DNA of 64,000 bases from Perna viridis (taxonomy: Eukaryota): contig CM074513.1 in the NCBI GenBank assembly GCA_037379345.1, forward strand, positions 19,406,001 through 19,470,000, in the 5' to 3' direction. The notes beneath the pieces were generated by a model. It saw only the letters and a program-made list of their open reading frames with translations, made no database searches and had not been told where the DNA came from. Shown in pieces: positions 41,701 to 51,460 of the stretch; positions within the stretch are counted from its first letter, which is position 1; each line of letters opens with the position of its first letter. Both the position numbers and the translations under genes were made by a program.

Positions 41701-44700
41701 AATGTATTCTTAACCTTGGTAATCTAGGCATCTATCTGAACCAAACCATTTTCAAAGTCCAAAAGGGGTGCTACAACAATGTAGAAAAATGCCAGTTATA
41801 AAGGTTGAGACTAAAAACTACAAATTTACTTCCAACAGTGAAAGGTCCTCAATGAAAGTACATGTATGTGGGTCCTAAACGTAGATACATGATATTGCAA
41901 TTATCCTGCATCAGAAATTAAGGGTCCATGATCATGGACCAATGCTAATTTGAACCCCCCATCTAAATGTCCCTAGTGTAGCAGCAAGCCAAATAAGAAC
42001 ACTTGGACACTGGTGATACAAGTTTTTGTCAAGTCTGTATAGATGTCTTTCACATTCACTTTCATTCTGGAAAAGTTATTTTATGAAGGTCAACTGGGGT
42101 TAGATCTGGTGACATTGCAATTGGGACCAAGGGAGCAGAAATTTGATTAGATTAGTGTCAGAAATTTTTAAATGATACACACATGTATATTACTTAAGCA
42201 TTTCCAATATTTAAATGAGCACAGACGTATTTCGAAATAACTATAACTGTTCTTGCAGCCTTTGAATCATTTCTTTGTCTAGTATAAAACCGTAAACCAG
42301 TTTTCACCAGGAATGTTTTAATAAATGGCAAATGTGAAAGTGGACTATTGGTATTACTGTATATGGAATTCCTTTTTGTTGTCCTACACTGACATTTCAA
42401 TTTAAAATTTTGTAAAAATTATTGGATTCAGACAGTTTTCAATGTTTATGAGCAATGCAATGTATTAGACCACATTGAATTATATATATATATATAATAT
42501 AATATAATATAATATATATATATAAAAGTTTTAGATTCAAACAAATAAAAAAGGATGAAAGTAACAACTTCAATACATCAACGGTGATATAATTTTATCA
42601 ATTATTCTCATCAATGCAAGTATAATAGTTTAGATTATTATGTTGGTTAAAAAAGCTCTGTCCAACTAATGTTTATTGTTTGTTTAGTGTAAGTTTTTGT
42701 AAGAATCAGGCAAAACGGGAAAAATCAAAAACATGCACGTCAAAAACCGAAACCCACTGATCTAACAATATAATTTCACTCAAGGATGCTTTCTCTATTA
42801 GAAAAGTCTATATTTCTCAGAAACTTTTCAATAGAATGTTAGAAAATTCAGGCTTTTGACAGAGTTATCTGCCCTTGAAATGTTCATTTTAAGTGCATTT
42901 CAATGAAATTATAACTAATTTTACCAAAATGATATGAAAAATCTTCTCTTTTTGCCTTGATTCTGATGGTGCAAAGAGTCAAATTAAACTTTCAAAATGG
43001 TGACACATGTACCATGTTTCACCCAGTGCCTATTTCTTATATAGACTGGCTATTAAAAATGCACTAATTCTCAATTAAATTTGCTTGACTTGACTTAGTG
43101 ACAGTTATTTTTGAGATGACTAAAGAAGACATTGGTATATGTAGCTAAGAAGGATAATTGTACACTGTACTTTCAATTTCCTACAAAACATGGACTCATT
43201 AAGACAAGAAACATTGAAGGCATGGAAATGACACTGGATAACCTCCATGTTTTGAGAAATTACATGTAGAGCTGTATTTTAGATACAATGTACATGTATT
43301 GTTACAACTGTTTTATCATTTGATTGATAATATACATTTACTACTATAAAAACAATTCATTGTAGTCTTGTCATTAGTACTCTAAAATAGCTTTATTTCA
43401 TTATTTTAGTTGTTTTCAGACAACTCCTAGTAATAATATGGTTGAAAATGAATAAACTGAAATGGAAATGATCACTAGGTTATTGTGTCTGTGTAACTCT
43501 AATTAGATAAGAGTGATAATTGTCTATGGACAGCCCCTAAGACATTTTTTATTTAAAACATATGTGATCCTTAAATACTTAAAATTATCTTTTCAGGTAC
43601 TTTTAATTACGACATAAACATATCAGAAGACAAAAACCTCCAAAATAATTTGTTTATATTACTAACCTACCAATTTTAAAAATGCAATACAATACTTCTA
43701 TACATGTACATTTTATCATGTTTATAAATGAGTATTATAGACAATACTCAGTCATATATATCAGTATTGTTGTTGCCAAGTTCAACTTATCCTCTTTCAA
43801 AAATATTATAGAGGTTTAACCTGTTTCTCTTGTGCAATCACAAATTTGGATTTTTTTTGTAACTAAGAAAAGTGCTTGCTCATGTGAATCATACCACATC
43901 AAGGTCAGGTCAAGAGGTGTTCAAATATTCAAATCAGCTCAATATTCCATATATGGTACAAATGTAAATTATTCTTTTTATAAGTTCGCCATTGTGATAT
44001 ATACTGTTCACCCTAAAAATCTGTGTATGCATTCAAAATTACATGTGCATGTACATGTAGATTCATATTTTAACATTGATTTTCAAACTACAATAAATAG
44101 TGTGAACAGACTGATTAATGGTCTGCTATGCAGGAAACATTCCTCACTAAAATAGATGATAACTATATGTACATGTAAATGCTTGCATGATGAAGAATTT
44201 CACCTTTGTACTAGAACTAGGTTAAACAAAAACAATAGTGATGATCAATGGCCATTGTCATTCATCCATTCCTGAAGTAAATGTAGGTCAGCAATTACAT
44301 AGTATTTTTTTCTGACACTGCATAGAAGAATAACCAGGCTATGTGTATAAAGACAAAACATGTCCATAAATTGACAATTGTTGTTCTGAATTGTTGGTGA
44401 CTTAGTAATTTGACCACTAGTGGGGTTAACCCACTATGACTGTGTTTGCTCAGTTAAAAGCCATGAGACCTCTTCCTGATTATGCCTATACTCGGCGTCA
44501 CATAAATAACATACTGTTAAAATTTGAATAAAAATATTTTCTACGACTTTATTGACACCAACCTTCGTTTAAATTGTCTTAAATGACTTGCTCATTCGTT
44601 TAGCCAAACAGCTTCTCAAAAACAAGTCGCTTATTAGCTTAAATCATGCGTAACAAATCCTTACGGGAAAATCCCATACTAATATCCGCCATGTTGGTTT

Positions 44701-45354
44701 TTACGGGACGATTTGTTTACAAACGAAGTGCGTAAGTTCCCGTCGAACTCCGGTGACAATCGTCTGCTTGATCAACTTCTCGGTATTATACGTTGTTCGC
44801 GTAAAATAAATCCGAGATATCCGAAATAACGCCGAATTGCATTCTGGGTTCTTCGGTTTTTGGACAAACCATTTAAACGTAAACAACATCTCCTAGCAAC
44901 CCGATCACTGTAAACATGGCCGACTTTTTACAATGTAAATATTGCCACCTAGAATTAAAATCTGACCGGAATTTAACGATTCAATGTTTAGGGAGAAGCC
45001 GTTTGGCTAAACGAATGAGCAAGTCATTCAAGACAATTTAAACGACGGTAGGTGTCAATAAATTATAAAGTCGTAGAAAATATTTTTATTCAAATTTTAA
45101 CAGTATGTTATTTATGTGACGCCGACTATAAGTAGAATACATTTATGTAACAAGAATGTGGCCGGGTTGGGGCTACATTTTTTACCTAATAAGTAAAATA
45201 GCGAGCACAAAGTGAGCTCCTACACCATATTAAATGTATACACTAAAGACTTTAAACAATTACTTACCTTTTCTATGACTCGTTCACGTGCTTCTTGTTT
45301 TTCTTTTCGTCTGGCCTTCTTCTCAGATTTACTTTCAAATGCAACAGCATCCAT
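18407..45354 (-). CDS. CWF19L2: CWF19-like protein 2, complete gene, 18 coding exons, 2745 nt CDS / 914 aa (exons listed separately)
   Basis: Manual splicing gives one open frame with GT-AG at every junction and matching phases. Recognisable motifs: N-terminal [10 protein letters not shown]-rich tract, [29 protein letters not shown]-terminal CwfJ domains ([54 protein letters not shown]). Confidence 0.96.
18772..19069 (+). mobile_element. TTAA-flanked MITE family A, copy 1
   Basis: TTAA|GTAGC...GCTAC|TTAA; homologous to 27513, 28895 and 36836. Confidence 0.85.
19107..19153 (-). ncRNA. Minimal type-I hammerhead ribozyme relic (G12->A), PLE pLTR-type
   Basis: ATTTGCAA CTGATGA A GAAGG ttgtg CTTTC aAAA TA TA TTGCAAAT, followed by AATAAA. 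Confidence 0.65.
20760..20861 (-). CDS. CWF19L2: CWF19L2 exon 17 ([13 protein letters not shown]...GFAHVIED...FGR)
   Basis: ttttcag|ATT ... AGG|gtcagt, 102 nt. Confidence 0.95.
21404..21484 (-). CDS. CWF19L2: CWF19L2 exon 16 ([27 protein letters not shown])
   Basis: cttcag|AAA ... GCT|gtaagt, 81 nt. Confidence 0.95.
21960..22415 (+). mobile_element. Degenerate tRNA-derived SINE interrupted by a PLE 3' fragment (about 22158-22368)
   Basis: SINE body ...actggttggcatgtagtcagaataatgtgtc...gactgttgctt resumes after the PLE piece as gagctag...aaatcctgctcagc. Confidence 0.7.
22937..23092 (-). CDS. CWF19L2: CWF19L2 exon 15 ([10 protein letters not shown]...[22 protein letters not shown])
   Basis: tatag|GTA ... 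AAG|gtactg, 156 nt. Confidence 0.95.
24085..25980 (+). mobile_element. Degenerate RTE-clade LINE (APE endonuclease plus RT), antisense in CWF19L2 intron 14
   Basis: [14 protein letters not shown]...[10 protein letters not shown] (APE N-terminus), [45 protein letters not shown]; many stops and frameshifts. Confidence 0.9.
26142..26312. repeat. About 51-bp tandem repeat, about 3.3 copies
   Basis: Recurring cagactttc(t/c)tgtgctatcgcaggggaagctaatcc. Confidence 0.85.
26425..26790 (+). repeat. Interspersed repeat, second copy at about 37312-37612
   Basis: Shared ggattttatttt...ccagatatttgct(g/a)gcctaatttta...atgttctaaatcca...gaagaaacat. Confidence 0.7.
27513..27777 (+). mobile_element. TTAA-flanked MITE family A, copy 2
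   Basis: TTAA|GTAGC...GCTAC|TTAA. Confidence 0.85.
28728..28844 (-). CDS. CWF19L2: CWF19L2 exon 14 (SYLCLP...[11 protein letters not shown]...DEDVWEEMQ)
   Basis: ttttag|TCC ... CAG|gtacac, 117 nt. Confidence 0.95.
28895..29297 (-). mobile_element. TTAA-flanked MITE family A, copy 3 (inverted, longer form)
   Basis: TTAA|GTAGC...GCTAC|TTAA; reverse complement of the other copies. Confidence 0.85.
30509..30597 (-). CDS. CWF19L2: CWF19L2 exon 13 ([15 protein letters not shown]...IAIGTK)
   Basis: tttcag|AC ... AAG|gtaagt, 89 nt, CxxC motif. Confidence 0.94.
31393..31510. repeat. About 33-bp tandem repeat (ATTGACAAAAGAGGGCCTCACACCATCAC), 3 copies
   Basis: Seen directly, just inside intron 12. 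Confidence 0.85.
31540..31654 (-). CDS. CWF19L2: CWF19L2 exon 12 ([15 protein letters not shown]...QAIA)
   Basis: cttag|TCT ... G|gtaata, 115 nt, phase 1. Confidence 0.92.
32064..32129 (-). CDS. CWF19L2: CWF19L2 exon 11 ([22 protein letters not shown])
   Basis: aacag|GTT ... AGG|gtatgt, 66 nt. Confidence 0.92.
32667..32975 (-). mobile_element. (TA)n-embedded tRNA-Leu-derived element, permuted fragment
   Basis: Highly similar to 62310-62712; tRNA-like head at 32875-32970. Confidence 0.85.
32976..33081. repeat. About 105-bp near-perfect palindrome made from duplicated target-site sequence
   Basis: actcataaagctatatg(ta)n aagaaacaccatg ... catggcgtttctt(ta)n catatagctttatgagt. Confidence 0.85.
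33304..33378 (-). CDS. CWF19L2: CWF19L2 exon 10 ([25 protein letters not shown])
   Basis: ttttag|GTT ... CTG|gtaagt, 75 nt. Confidence 0.93.
33659..33871 (-). CDS. CWF19L2: CWF19L2 exon 9 ([10 protein letters not shown]...[14 protein letters not shown]...KQK)
   Basis: gacag|GAA ... AAG|gtaaga, 213 nt. Confidence 0.93.
34524..34669 (-). CDS. CWF19L2: CWF19L2 exon 8 (...[18 protein letters not shown])
   Basis: ttatag|GT ... ACA|gtatgt, 146 nt. Confidence 0.93.
35192..35867 (-). CDS. CWF19L2: CWF19L2 exon 7 (large RS/charged low-complexity exon)
   Basis: ttttcatag|TCT ... TCT A|gtaagt, 676 nt, phase 1. Overlaps the 282-aa ORF in the track. Confidence 0.92.
36229..36429 (-). CDS. CWF19L2: CWF19L2 exon 6 ([20 protein letters not shown]...EKYG)
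   Basis: attag|CCA ... GGG|gtaatt, 201 nt, conserved motif. Confidence 0.95.
36836..37230 (+). mobile_element. TTAA-flanked MITE family A, copy 4 (longer form, older)
   Basis: TTAA|GAAGC...GCTAC|TTAC; homologous to the 28895 copy. Confidence 0.8.
37667..37792 (-). CDS. CWF19L2: CWF19L2 exon 5 (RDSWMESPL...LLNK)
   Basis: ttttag|AGA ... AAG|gtaaat, 126 nt. Confidence 0.9.
39340..39456 (-). CDS. CWF19L2: CWF19L2 exon 4 ([11 protein letters not shown]...GPQLQ)
   Basis: aaaag|GAT (weak AAG acceptor) ... CAG|gtacct, 117 nt, WVE motif. Confidence 0.85.
40312..40416 (-). CDS. CWF19L2: CWF19L2 exon 3 (lysine-rich tract)
   Basis: ttcatag|GAA ... GAG|gtatat, 105 nt. Confidence 0.9.
40500..40645. repeat. 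Perfect 52-bp tandem repeat, 2.8 copies
   Basis: gaagtgattacttgtaacagggttgctatgctatttctttca at 40500, 40552, 40604. Confidence 0.95.
41102..41212 (-). CDS. CWF19L2: CWF19L2 exon 2 (AKRDYERD...[10 protein letters not shown]...EQK)
   Basis: ttttag|GCG ... AAG|gtacta, 111 nt, conserved LRGEDTWML. Confidence 0.94.
41239..41690 (+). repeat. About 33-bp minisatellite beginning at a Tc1/mariner-pogo-like terminus (TA|CAGTGAAACCTGTCTAAA)
   Basis: About 13 units of aaacctgtctaaacc.aaccctgaata; the first unit starts with TA-CAGT. Confidence 0.8.
42687..43052 (+). mobile_element. TTAA-flanked MITE family B, copy 1
   Basis: gtgtaagtttttgtaagaatcaggc...; homologous to 48116 and 60596. Confidence 0.75.
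44491..45126. mobile_element. Young MITE with about 130-bp terminal inverted repeats, TATA/TA-flanked, CpG-rich core
   Basis: 44491-44617 is the reverse complement of about 44992-45126; tata on both sides. Confidence 0.92.
45268..45354 (-). CDS. CWF19L2: CWF19L2 exon 1 ([29 protein letters not shown])
   Basis: ATG at 45354 (aaaATGG), donor AAG|gtaagt, 87 nt. Confidence 0.9.
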
Positions 45355-45619
45355 TTTCGTTGATAATATTCGTTTAGAAAATGATTAAGATTTAGCGGAT
45401 GTCATGGACAGGGAGGTGTAATTGCGATTAAATATGTTTGACTTTTGTCAAATCGTGCCATATCATAATCGGACCAAACTGATTGAGAAAGGTCTTAATA
45501 TGGTGCAATGTCCTTACCTCATACATTTTTTTTGTTTTTGTTTTTTGTTTTTTTTTTTAAGGTATATGATTAAAAGATATTAATTCTGTATCTGTTGTTA
45601 ATCGAGAACTTTATATTTT

Positions 45620-46056
45620 GGCACTGGTCACTCCTAAGGCTTCTGGAACAGGGTTATGTTGCTACAAGATTGAAGTCATCACTACAGAAGTTTTATGGTC
45701 GTCATAATGAACTTGTGGATCGTTATTTTGTATCCATCTGCACCATGAAAACTGATTTATTCAACGGGTCATAGTTTTCCTTTCCTCGTTTGTCTACCCT
45801 GGACTTGACTTTTTATGAGCAACTCGGCGGGTGTTTCTAGAAAAGCAGAGGACGCTTACCCTACCGGTGCATCTGGTCCATACTCCCAGTTTTTAGTAGA
45901 GTCCGAGTTGCTCATTTGCTTTTGTTACTTTGTATGTATGATTTTAGTTACTTTATGTTCTTTGTTGTATATGTCTGTTTTCCATGTCTGGTCTTTGTCC
46001 CTGGATTACATTCTTTTGATTACCGCTGTAACCTTGGTTCCCTTGATTACTCTTTC
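45620..46056 (+). mobile_element. Penelope-like retroelement 3' fragment (RT C-terminus plus structured 3' UTR)
   Basis: LLEQGYVATRLKSSLQKFYGRHNELVDRY...TDLFNGS*, then the shared tail ending GATTACTCTTTC. Confidence 0.85.
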
Positions 46057-48115
46057 ATATAATGTTTCAAAAATGTCTTTACTCAGACCTATAAGATTTA
46101 ATTTACATTTGACAATATGCATAGTGGGGGGATAAAAATACTTCAGGATTTTAGTTATATAAGTTATGGTGACAATAATGGGGAAGAGTGTGCTCTCAAA
46201 ACACTAAAATATAATAAAAATGTCTCAATTTGCCTGTAAAAATGAATAATTATAATTATTATTTACCAGTAATTGTCTCAGGGAAAAGCAGTGAAAGTGG
46301 TAAACTAACTGTTGATTAAGTATTTCATACTCATTATTGAATAATAAAAAAAAATATATCATTTGAAAGAAGTTTCTTTAATCTTTTAATTGGTAGTAAA
46401 TTCATATGGTTAAACAAACAGAAGACCCAATGATTAAAAGTTTACTGGGGTATAGTTTAGGAAAATGAAAATTTTGATATTTTTTTTCTCGAGACATATA
46501 CACATTATTATGCAAACCACGCTTTTTAAAATAGCCATTACCATTCAGTAGTTTTTTTTTCCTTCATTGATACTAATTTCATTTTTAATGAATACAACAG
46601 TTTTCACAAACATTCAATGACAAATCATACTTTATGACCCTTTAAAAAGGTAATTTGTTTTCTTATTTGTCTAAAAAGATCTAATTCTGAAATGGAAAAT
46701 ATTTACATTCCTCTTATTTTAAATAAATAAATAATATATGTTGCCATTTTAGCATTTTGGGACATCACTCATCAAAATACATCCAGTGGTTTTTTACAAA
46801 CACCCTTAGCAAAGTTTCCCTATTTTAAACAGAGAAATTTGAAAAAATTTGCTAAAAAAGAGCCAAGTTCTATATAGGTTATTGAAGTACAATTGACTTC
46901 TTCCTCTATCATACACTCCCTGTGTTAATTAACCAAAACGGGAATAATACAACACGAGAACTTGTTAATCCCACTATCAATATGCAGTAGCACAAAATGT
47001 AATATAAAGTCCCTGATGGGATGCATAATATGTGAAAGTGAGAGATAGTTACTCTAAATCTTTGGGCATTTCTGGACCCACAGTGACTGTACTTTTATGT
47101 TTATCAGAAGTTAGAAAAAAAACTCTTTTCCTTGACATTTGTTTTATTTCTTTTTTTTCCAAATCAAATGTCACTAAAATGATCTCTTTTGACACAACTA
47201 TTGAGATACCCCTGCTGTAGACGTAAACTGAACATTCATGATACATTTAGCAATATAAATGTTTATGTCAATGGTAGTTCTTGATCAATTATGTAATTAC
47301 ATCTGAAAAATTTTGCCATATTGTTTTATTATTATTATTATTATTTCATAACACTAGTTGATATGTTTAACTTTAAGTCATACGGTGAAGAAATAAATAG
47401 CGAAACACACGAAAAAGTTTTGCAATGACGTTTACCTTATATATGGGCAGTTAACAAAATTCATTTCGTGCTGAAAACATTGGCATTTTGTCTTCAGTGT
47501 AAGCAGGGACCAGTTGTGACAGCTTCATTCGGTTTAAATTGTTTGTTTGTTTGTTTTTGTATGTTTTGTTGTTATTTGTCATGCACTGATTAATAACTTT
47601 GTTTATTCTGCACTTCACTATACGAGAACCAGTTTATACGAATTAAAATTTACGAATGGTATTGTCGGGCGCTTTTAATGTAATTTTTGTAATGTTCGTT
47701 TTAAAATGTGCCATATCGCTTATTCTCCCCTTATAAGGTAGACATTATGTAATTGATTCGATCTGTCATTATACTTCAATCTTCCAAGTGATTTCGTTTT
47801 ATATAGTACTGGGTGCATTTCGATCCCGGGATTTTTGGCATGTGGTACGTTTAAAAGTTGGACAGTGTCTGATATTATCCCTAACCTTTAAATATAGTTA
47901 TATGCAAAAATGATGTTTTGATATAGAAGCAAACACTTAAAAGGAAAAATGTCAATCATAGTAATTATATAAAGCCATGGTGAAAGTCAAGTGTTACGTG
48001 TAGAAACGTAGCCAATTAAGATTAGTATCTGTACCGTGTCATTGAGATTTTGCTGTGGCAAAAAGATAAAACAAAATACCAAGTACATTGTGACTGTTAA
48101 ATGTACTATATTTAA

Positions 48116-48491
48116 GTGTAAGTTTTTTTAAGAATCAGGGAAAATGGGAAAATATGAAACAAACATGTCAAAAAACCACTGATCTGAAAAATATTATAAT
48201 TTCACTGAATGTGCTTTCTCTGTTTGAAAAGGCCACCATTTCATCTCTGCATAATTGCATGATTTTATCAGAAATGTTTCAAAAGAATGTTAGAAAATTG
48301 AGGTTATATGAGGTTATGACATAATTATCTGCCCTTGAAATGTTTATTTACTCATTTAACCACAATACTATGGCAAATCTTGTCTTTTGTCCTTGATAGT
48401 GGTGGTGCAAATAGTCAAGTTAAACTTTCAAAATGATGGTTTTTTTTATTCTTTGTTTCACCCACTGCCTGATTCTTACAGAGACTGACAC
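48116..48491 (+). mobile_element. TTAA-flanked MITE family B, copy 2 (both ends intact)
   Basis: TTAA|GTGTAAG..TAAGAATCAGG ... CCTGATTCTTACAGAGACTGACAC|TTAA. Confidence 0.85.
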
Positions 48492-48590
48492 TTAATACAT
48501 TGCGCTATGATGTCGAAATATTCACTGTCTTCATCTTTTATTATCTAAAACCTTACTGGAACATCATATTAAGACCAAACGTAATATTTT

Positions 48591-49235
48591 GAAAGATGTA
48601 ATCAAGGGAACAAGGATTCTAGCGGAAATCGAAAGAATGTAATCCAGGGACAAAGACCAGACATGGAAAACAGACAAACACAACAAGGAACATAGAATAA
48701 CCAAAATAATACATACAAAAAGTAACAAAAGTAAATGTACAACTCGAACTCCACTAAAATCTGGGAGCATGGACCAGGAGCACTGGTAGGGTAAGCGTCT
48801 CTGCTTATCTAGAAACACACACCGATTTTCTCATAAAAAGTCAAATACAGGGTAGACGAAAGAGGAAAGGAAAACTATGACATGTTCAACAAATGAGTTC
48901 TCATGGGGCATATGGATATATTCTAACGATCCACGAGTTCATGACGACGACCATAAAACTTCTGTAGTGATGACTTCGCTCCAATCTCGTAGTAACATTG
49001 CCCTGGTCCAAAAGCCTAATTGTAAGAAGTCTAGCACGATACAAAAAGTCTGCGTAGTTACGGCAAGCTCTGGCATAACGTATGAGTTGTGATATGAAAA
49101 CTCCATACGCAGGTGCTGAAGGGATATTGCAACAGATGAAAGGAAAGTTGATAATACGGAATTAAAAGTCATCGCGTTTGTCGTATAGTTTAGTAAATAA
49201 TTTTCTTTTACTATCAATCTCGAAGTGTAGGTCAA
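48591..49235 (-). mobile_element. Penelope-like retroelement 3' fragment (longest copy)
   Basis: TKLYDKRDDFNFRIINFPF..NIPSAPAYGVFISQLIRYARAC..FLYRARLL plus the shared tail. Confidence 0.88.
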
Positions 49236-49269
49236 GATATGACTGACTATACAGTGTCTGTAGTATCCT

Positions 49270-49925
49270 TTAGGTAGTACAATACAGTTAGGTCATTTCT
49301 GAAAATTTGGTCTCATTTTGTTGAAATAAAGCAATTTTGAGGCAGTCCACACAGGAATTTCTAGTGTTTTGTCATAAAAAAAGTGCATATTTTCTAAATC
49401 CTTGGTGTGTGGAGGTTCAAGTCATTTATAAGTAATTTAGTGATTATTCTTATGAAATCCAGTAGCCATGGTAACATACTGAAAAAATATTACTGAGTTT
49501 TAGTACAAATCAGGGGTGCCTTTCCAAAACTAACAGCCAAATACTATATTTTATAAAATATCAGGCACTTAGACACTACCACAGGATGAAAGCATGCTTG
49601 GAGTAGGCGGAAAAAGGTAAAAATAATAAGACTCTTTTCGATTCATTCTAGCACAATTTTAGTCCCAAAAGTTCGTGCGAAATAAGGTATTTTGAAAATC
49701 AGCCATCTGATGCTGAGGAGAGAACCTAATACGGCAGGGGACTGAAACATTCTGGATACCATTTTTCATTTAAATTAGACCTGTTTACCATAACATATAT
49801 TACATCTGTCTATGTATAAATGCTTATCTACATTTAATCAAAATATCCACCAAATTTCAACTTTTAATTTTAAGTTTTACAAAATTTGACCGGAGTAACT
49901 TGGTGTGCGAAACAGTGCGCCTTAA
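49270..49925. mobile_element. Possible TTAA-target non-autonomous DNA transposon
   Basis: Left ttta|GGTAGTAC..CAG, right CAGTGCGCC|ttaa; weak TIR. Confidence 0.35.
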
Positions 49926-50375
49926 TGTAACTGTATAGGACACCCTTATCTCAAGTTCTTTAGGGGTGCGATGCGATGTATAAAATCCACAAAACTACGA
50001 TTGTTTAACAATAATACGTCATCTTTATAGCAGAAACTGAGATTGAAGGATCTAGCTGAACGATTTTTCTTCTTTCGGATCAGATCAGCTATAGTCAGGT
50101 ATAGGTCAGCGAGAAGAGGGGCACCATTTTTTCCAATTGAAATCAGACCGTTTGTTGAAAAACGCGTCCACTACACTAGACAAATATGTTAAAAAAAATC
50201 CAGCATTTTGGAAACATCTTCTTCAGAATATTTGGGAGATGATTTGGAATCTTTTTTTTTTACAAAGTATGAGAATATCTACCAAGAACTATATATTTAT
50301 ATCTAGATGTACCATCTTTCTAGTTGGGATTTCAAATTAAAGTAGGGAATAGAAATATAAAGAGTTAAATTATAA

Positions 50376-50740
50376 AAATCATAGGTTTTGATGCCATTGT
50401 ACTCTGATAATACACTTGAATTGAGGGTTTCCAGAAGACCTTTAGAATTTTTCAGGATCCATATTGAATTAATACCACTACGGGAGTAACAAGTACCGTG
50501 GTAGGACTGGATACCCTCTTTGATAGCTATGAGTATAGAAGTTAAAAGTTTTGAAAGAGGGTTGGTGGTGCACTTGCCTTTCTAGCTATGTAGGGTTGTT
50601 TGTACCATTCTTGTGGAGTTTAGAAATTCAAGTACATAGACGGAAGGTCACAATCATCGTCTTTGATAGAGAGACCAAAAGAGGATAGCACAGATGTATG
50701 GTTTTACAATATCTCTTCTCTGAAAGTGTGGCAGGAAATA
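50376..50740 (-). mobile_element. Penelope-like RT core fragment
   Basis: KLHKN...KCTTNPLSKLLTSIL...YSRSGINSIWILKNSK...IKTYDF; inverted homologue of 53095-53470. Confidence 0.85.
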
Positions 50741-51169
50741 ACATGATTGTCTTTGGAGGGGGTGTAGAAATTTTAAAACGGAACACATTGTGTATGGTAA
50801 TTAATATAACACTAGCGACCAATGATTTATGTGTAGGTCTAAAATCTAAGCATTTGTACAATGTAACTAATATTATGCATGACATAAAATCTTCATTCTT
50901 ATATCAACAATTGATCATCGTATCACAACGAACATTAAATCCAAATAATACAAGATTGCACCTAAATATTTGATTATTTGTGTCAAACCTAAATTGAATT
51001 GGTATAGAAATATGCAACTCCTATATTTAATTCCATTAAAAGTTTATATCCCACACATTTCTTAAATGATTAGGGCCATAACCATCAAAACCAACCAAAG
51101 CCTTATTTTATTATCAAAGACTTTAAAATTGTCGTAGATCAGTTGGGTTTACAGGAAACCAAATATCTT

Positions 51170-51460
51170 TGAAATAATAATCAAGGGAACCAAGCTTATA
51201 GCGGTAATCAAAAGAATGTAATCCAGGGACAAAAACCAGACATGCAAAACAGACATACACAAAAAAGAACATGAATTAACTAAAATCATACATACAAAGT
51301 AACAAAAGCAAATGAGCAACTCGGACTCCACTAAAAACTGGGAGCATGGACCAGGTGCACCGGTAGGGTAAGCGTCCTCTGCTTTTCTAGAAACACAAAC
51401 CTAGTTGCTCATAAAAATTCAAGTCCGGGGTAGACAAACGAGGAAAGGAAAAATATAAGC
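51170..51460 (-). mobile_element. Penelope-like retroelement 3' UTR fragment
   Basis: Reverse complement of 45770-46056. Confidence 0.88.

Noticed and set aside
45740-45860. SECIS element / selenoprotein-coding PLE
   Set aside because: The ATGA motifs lack the properly spaced AA loop and opposing GA quartet. Cys positions in the RT fragments are TGT/TGC, not TGA.
45815-46135. 106-aa ORF and similar hydrophobic ORFs (22117, 26963, 48564, 51149)
   Set aside because: All are chance frames across the same PLE 3' UTR repeat.
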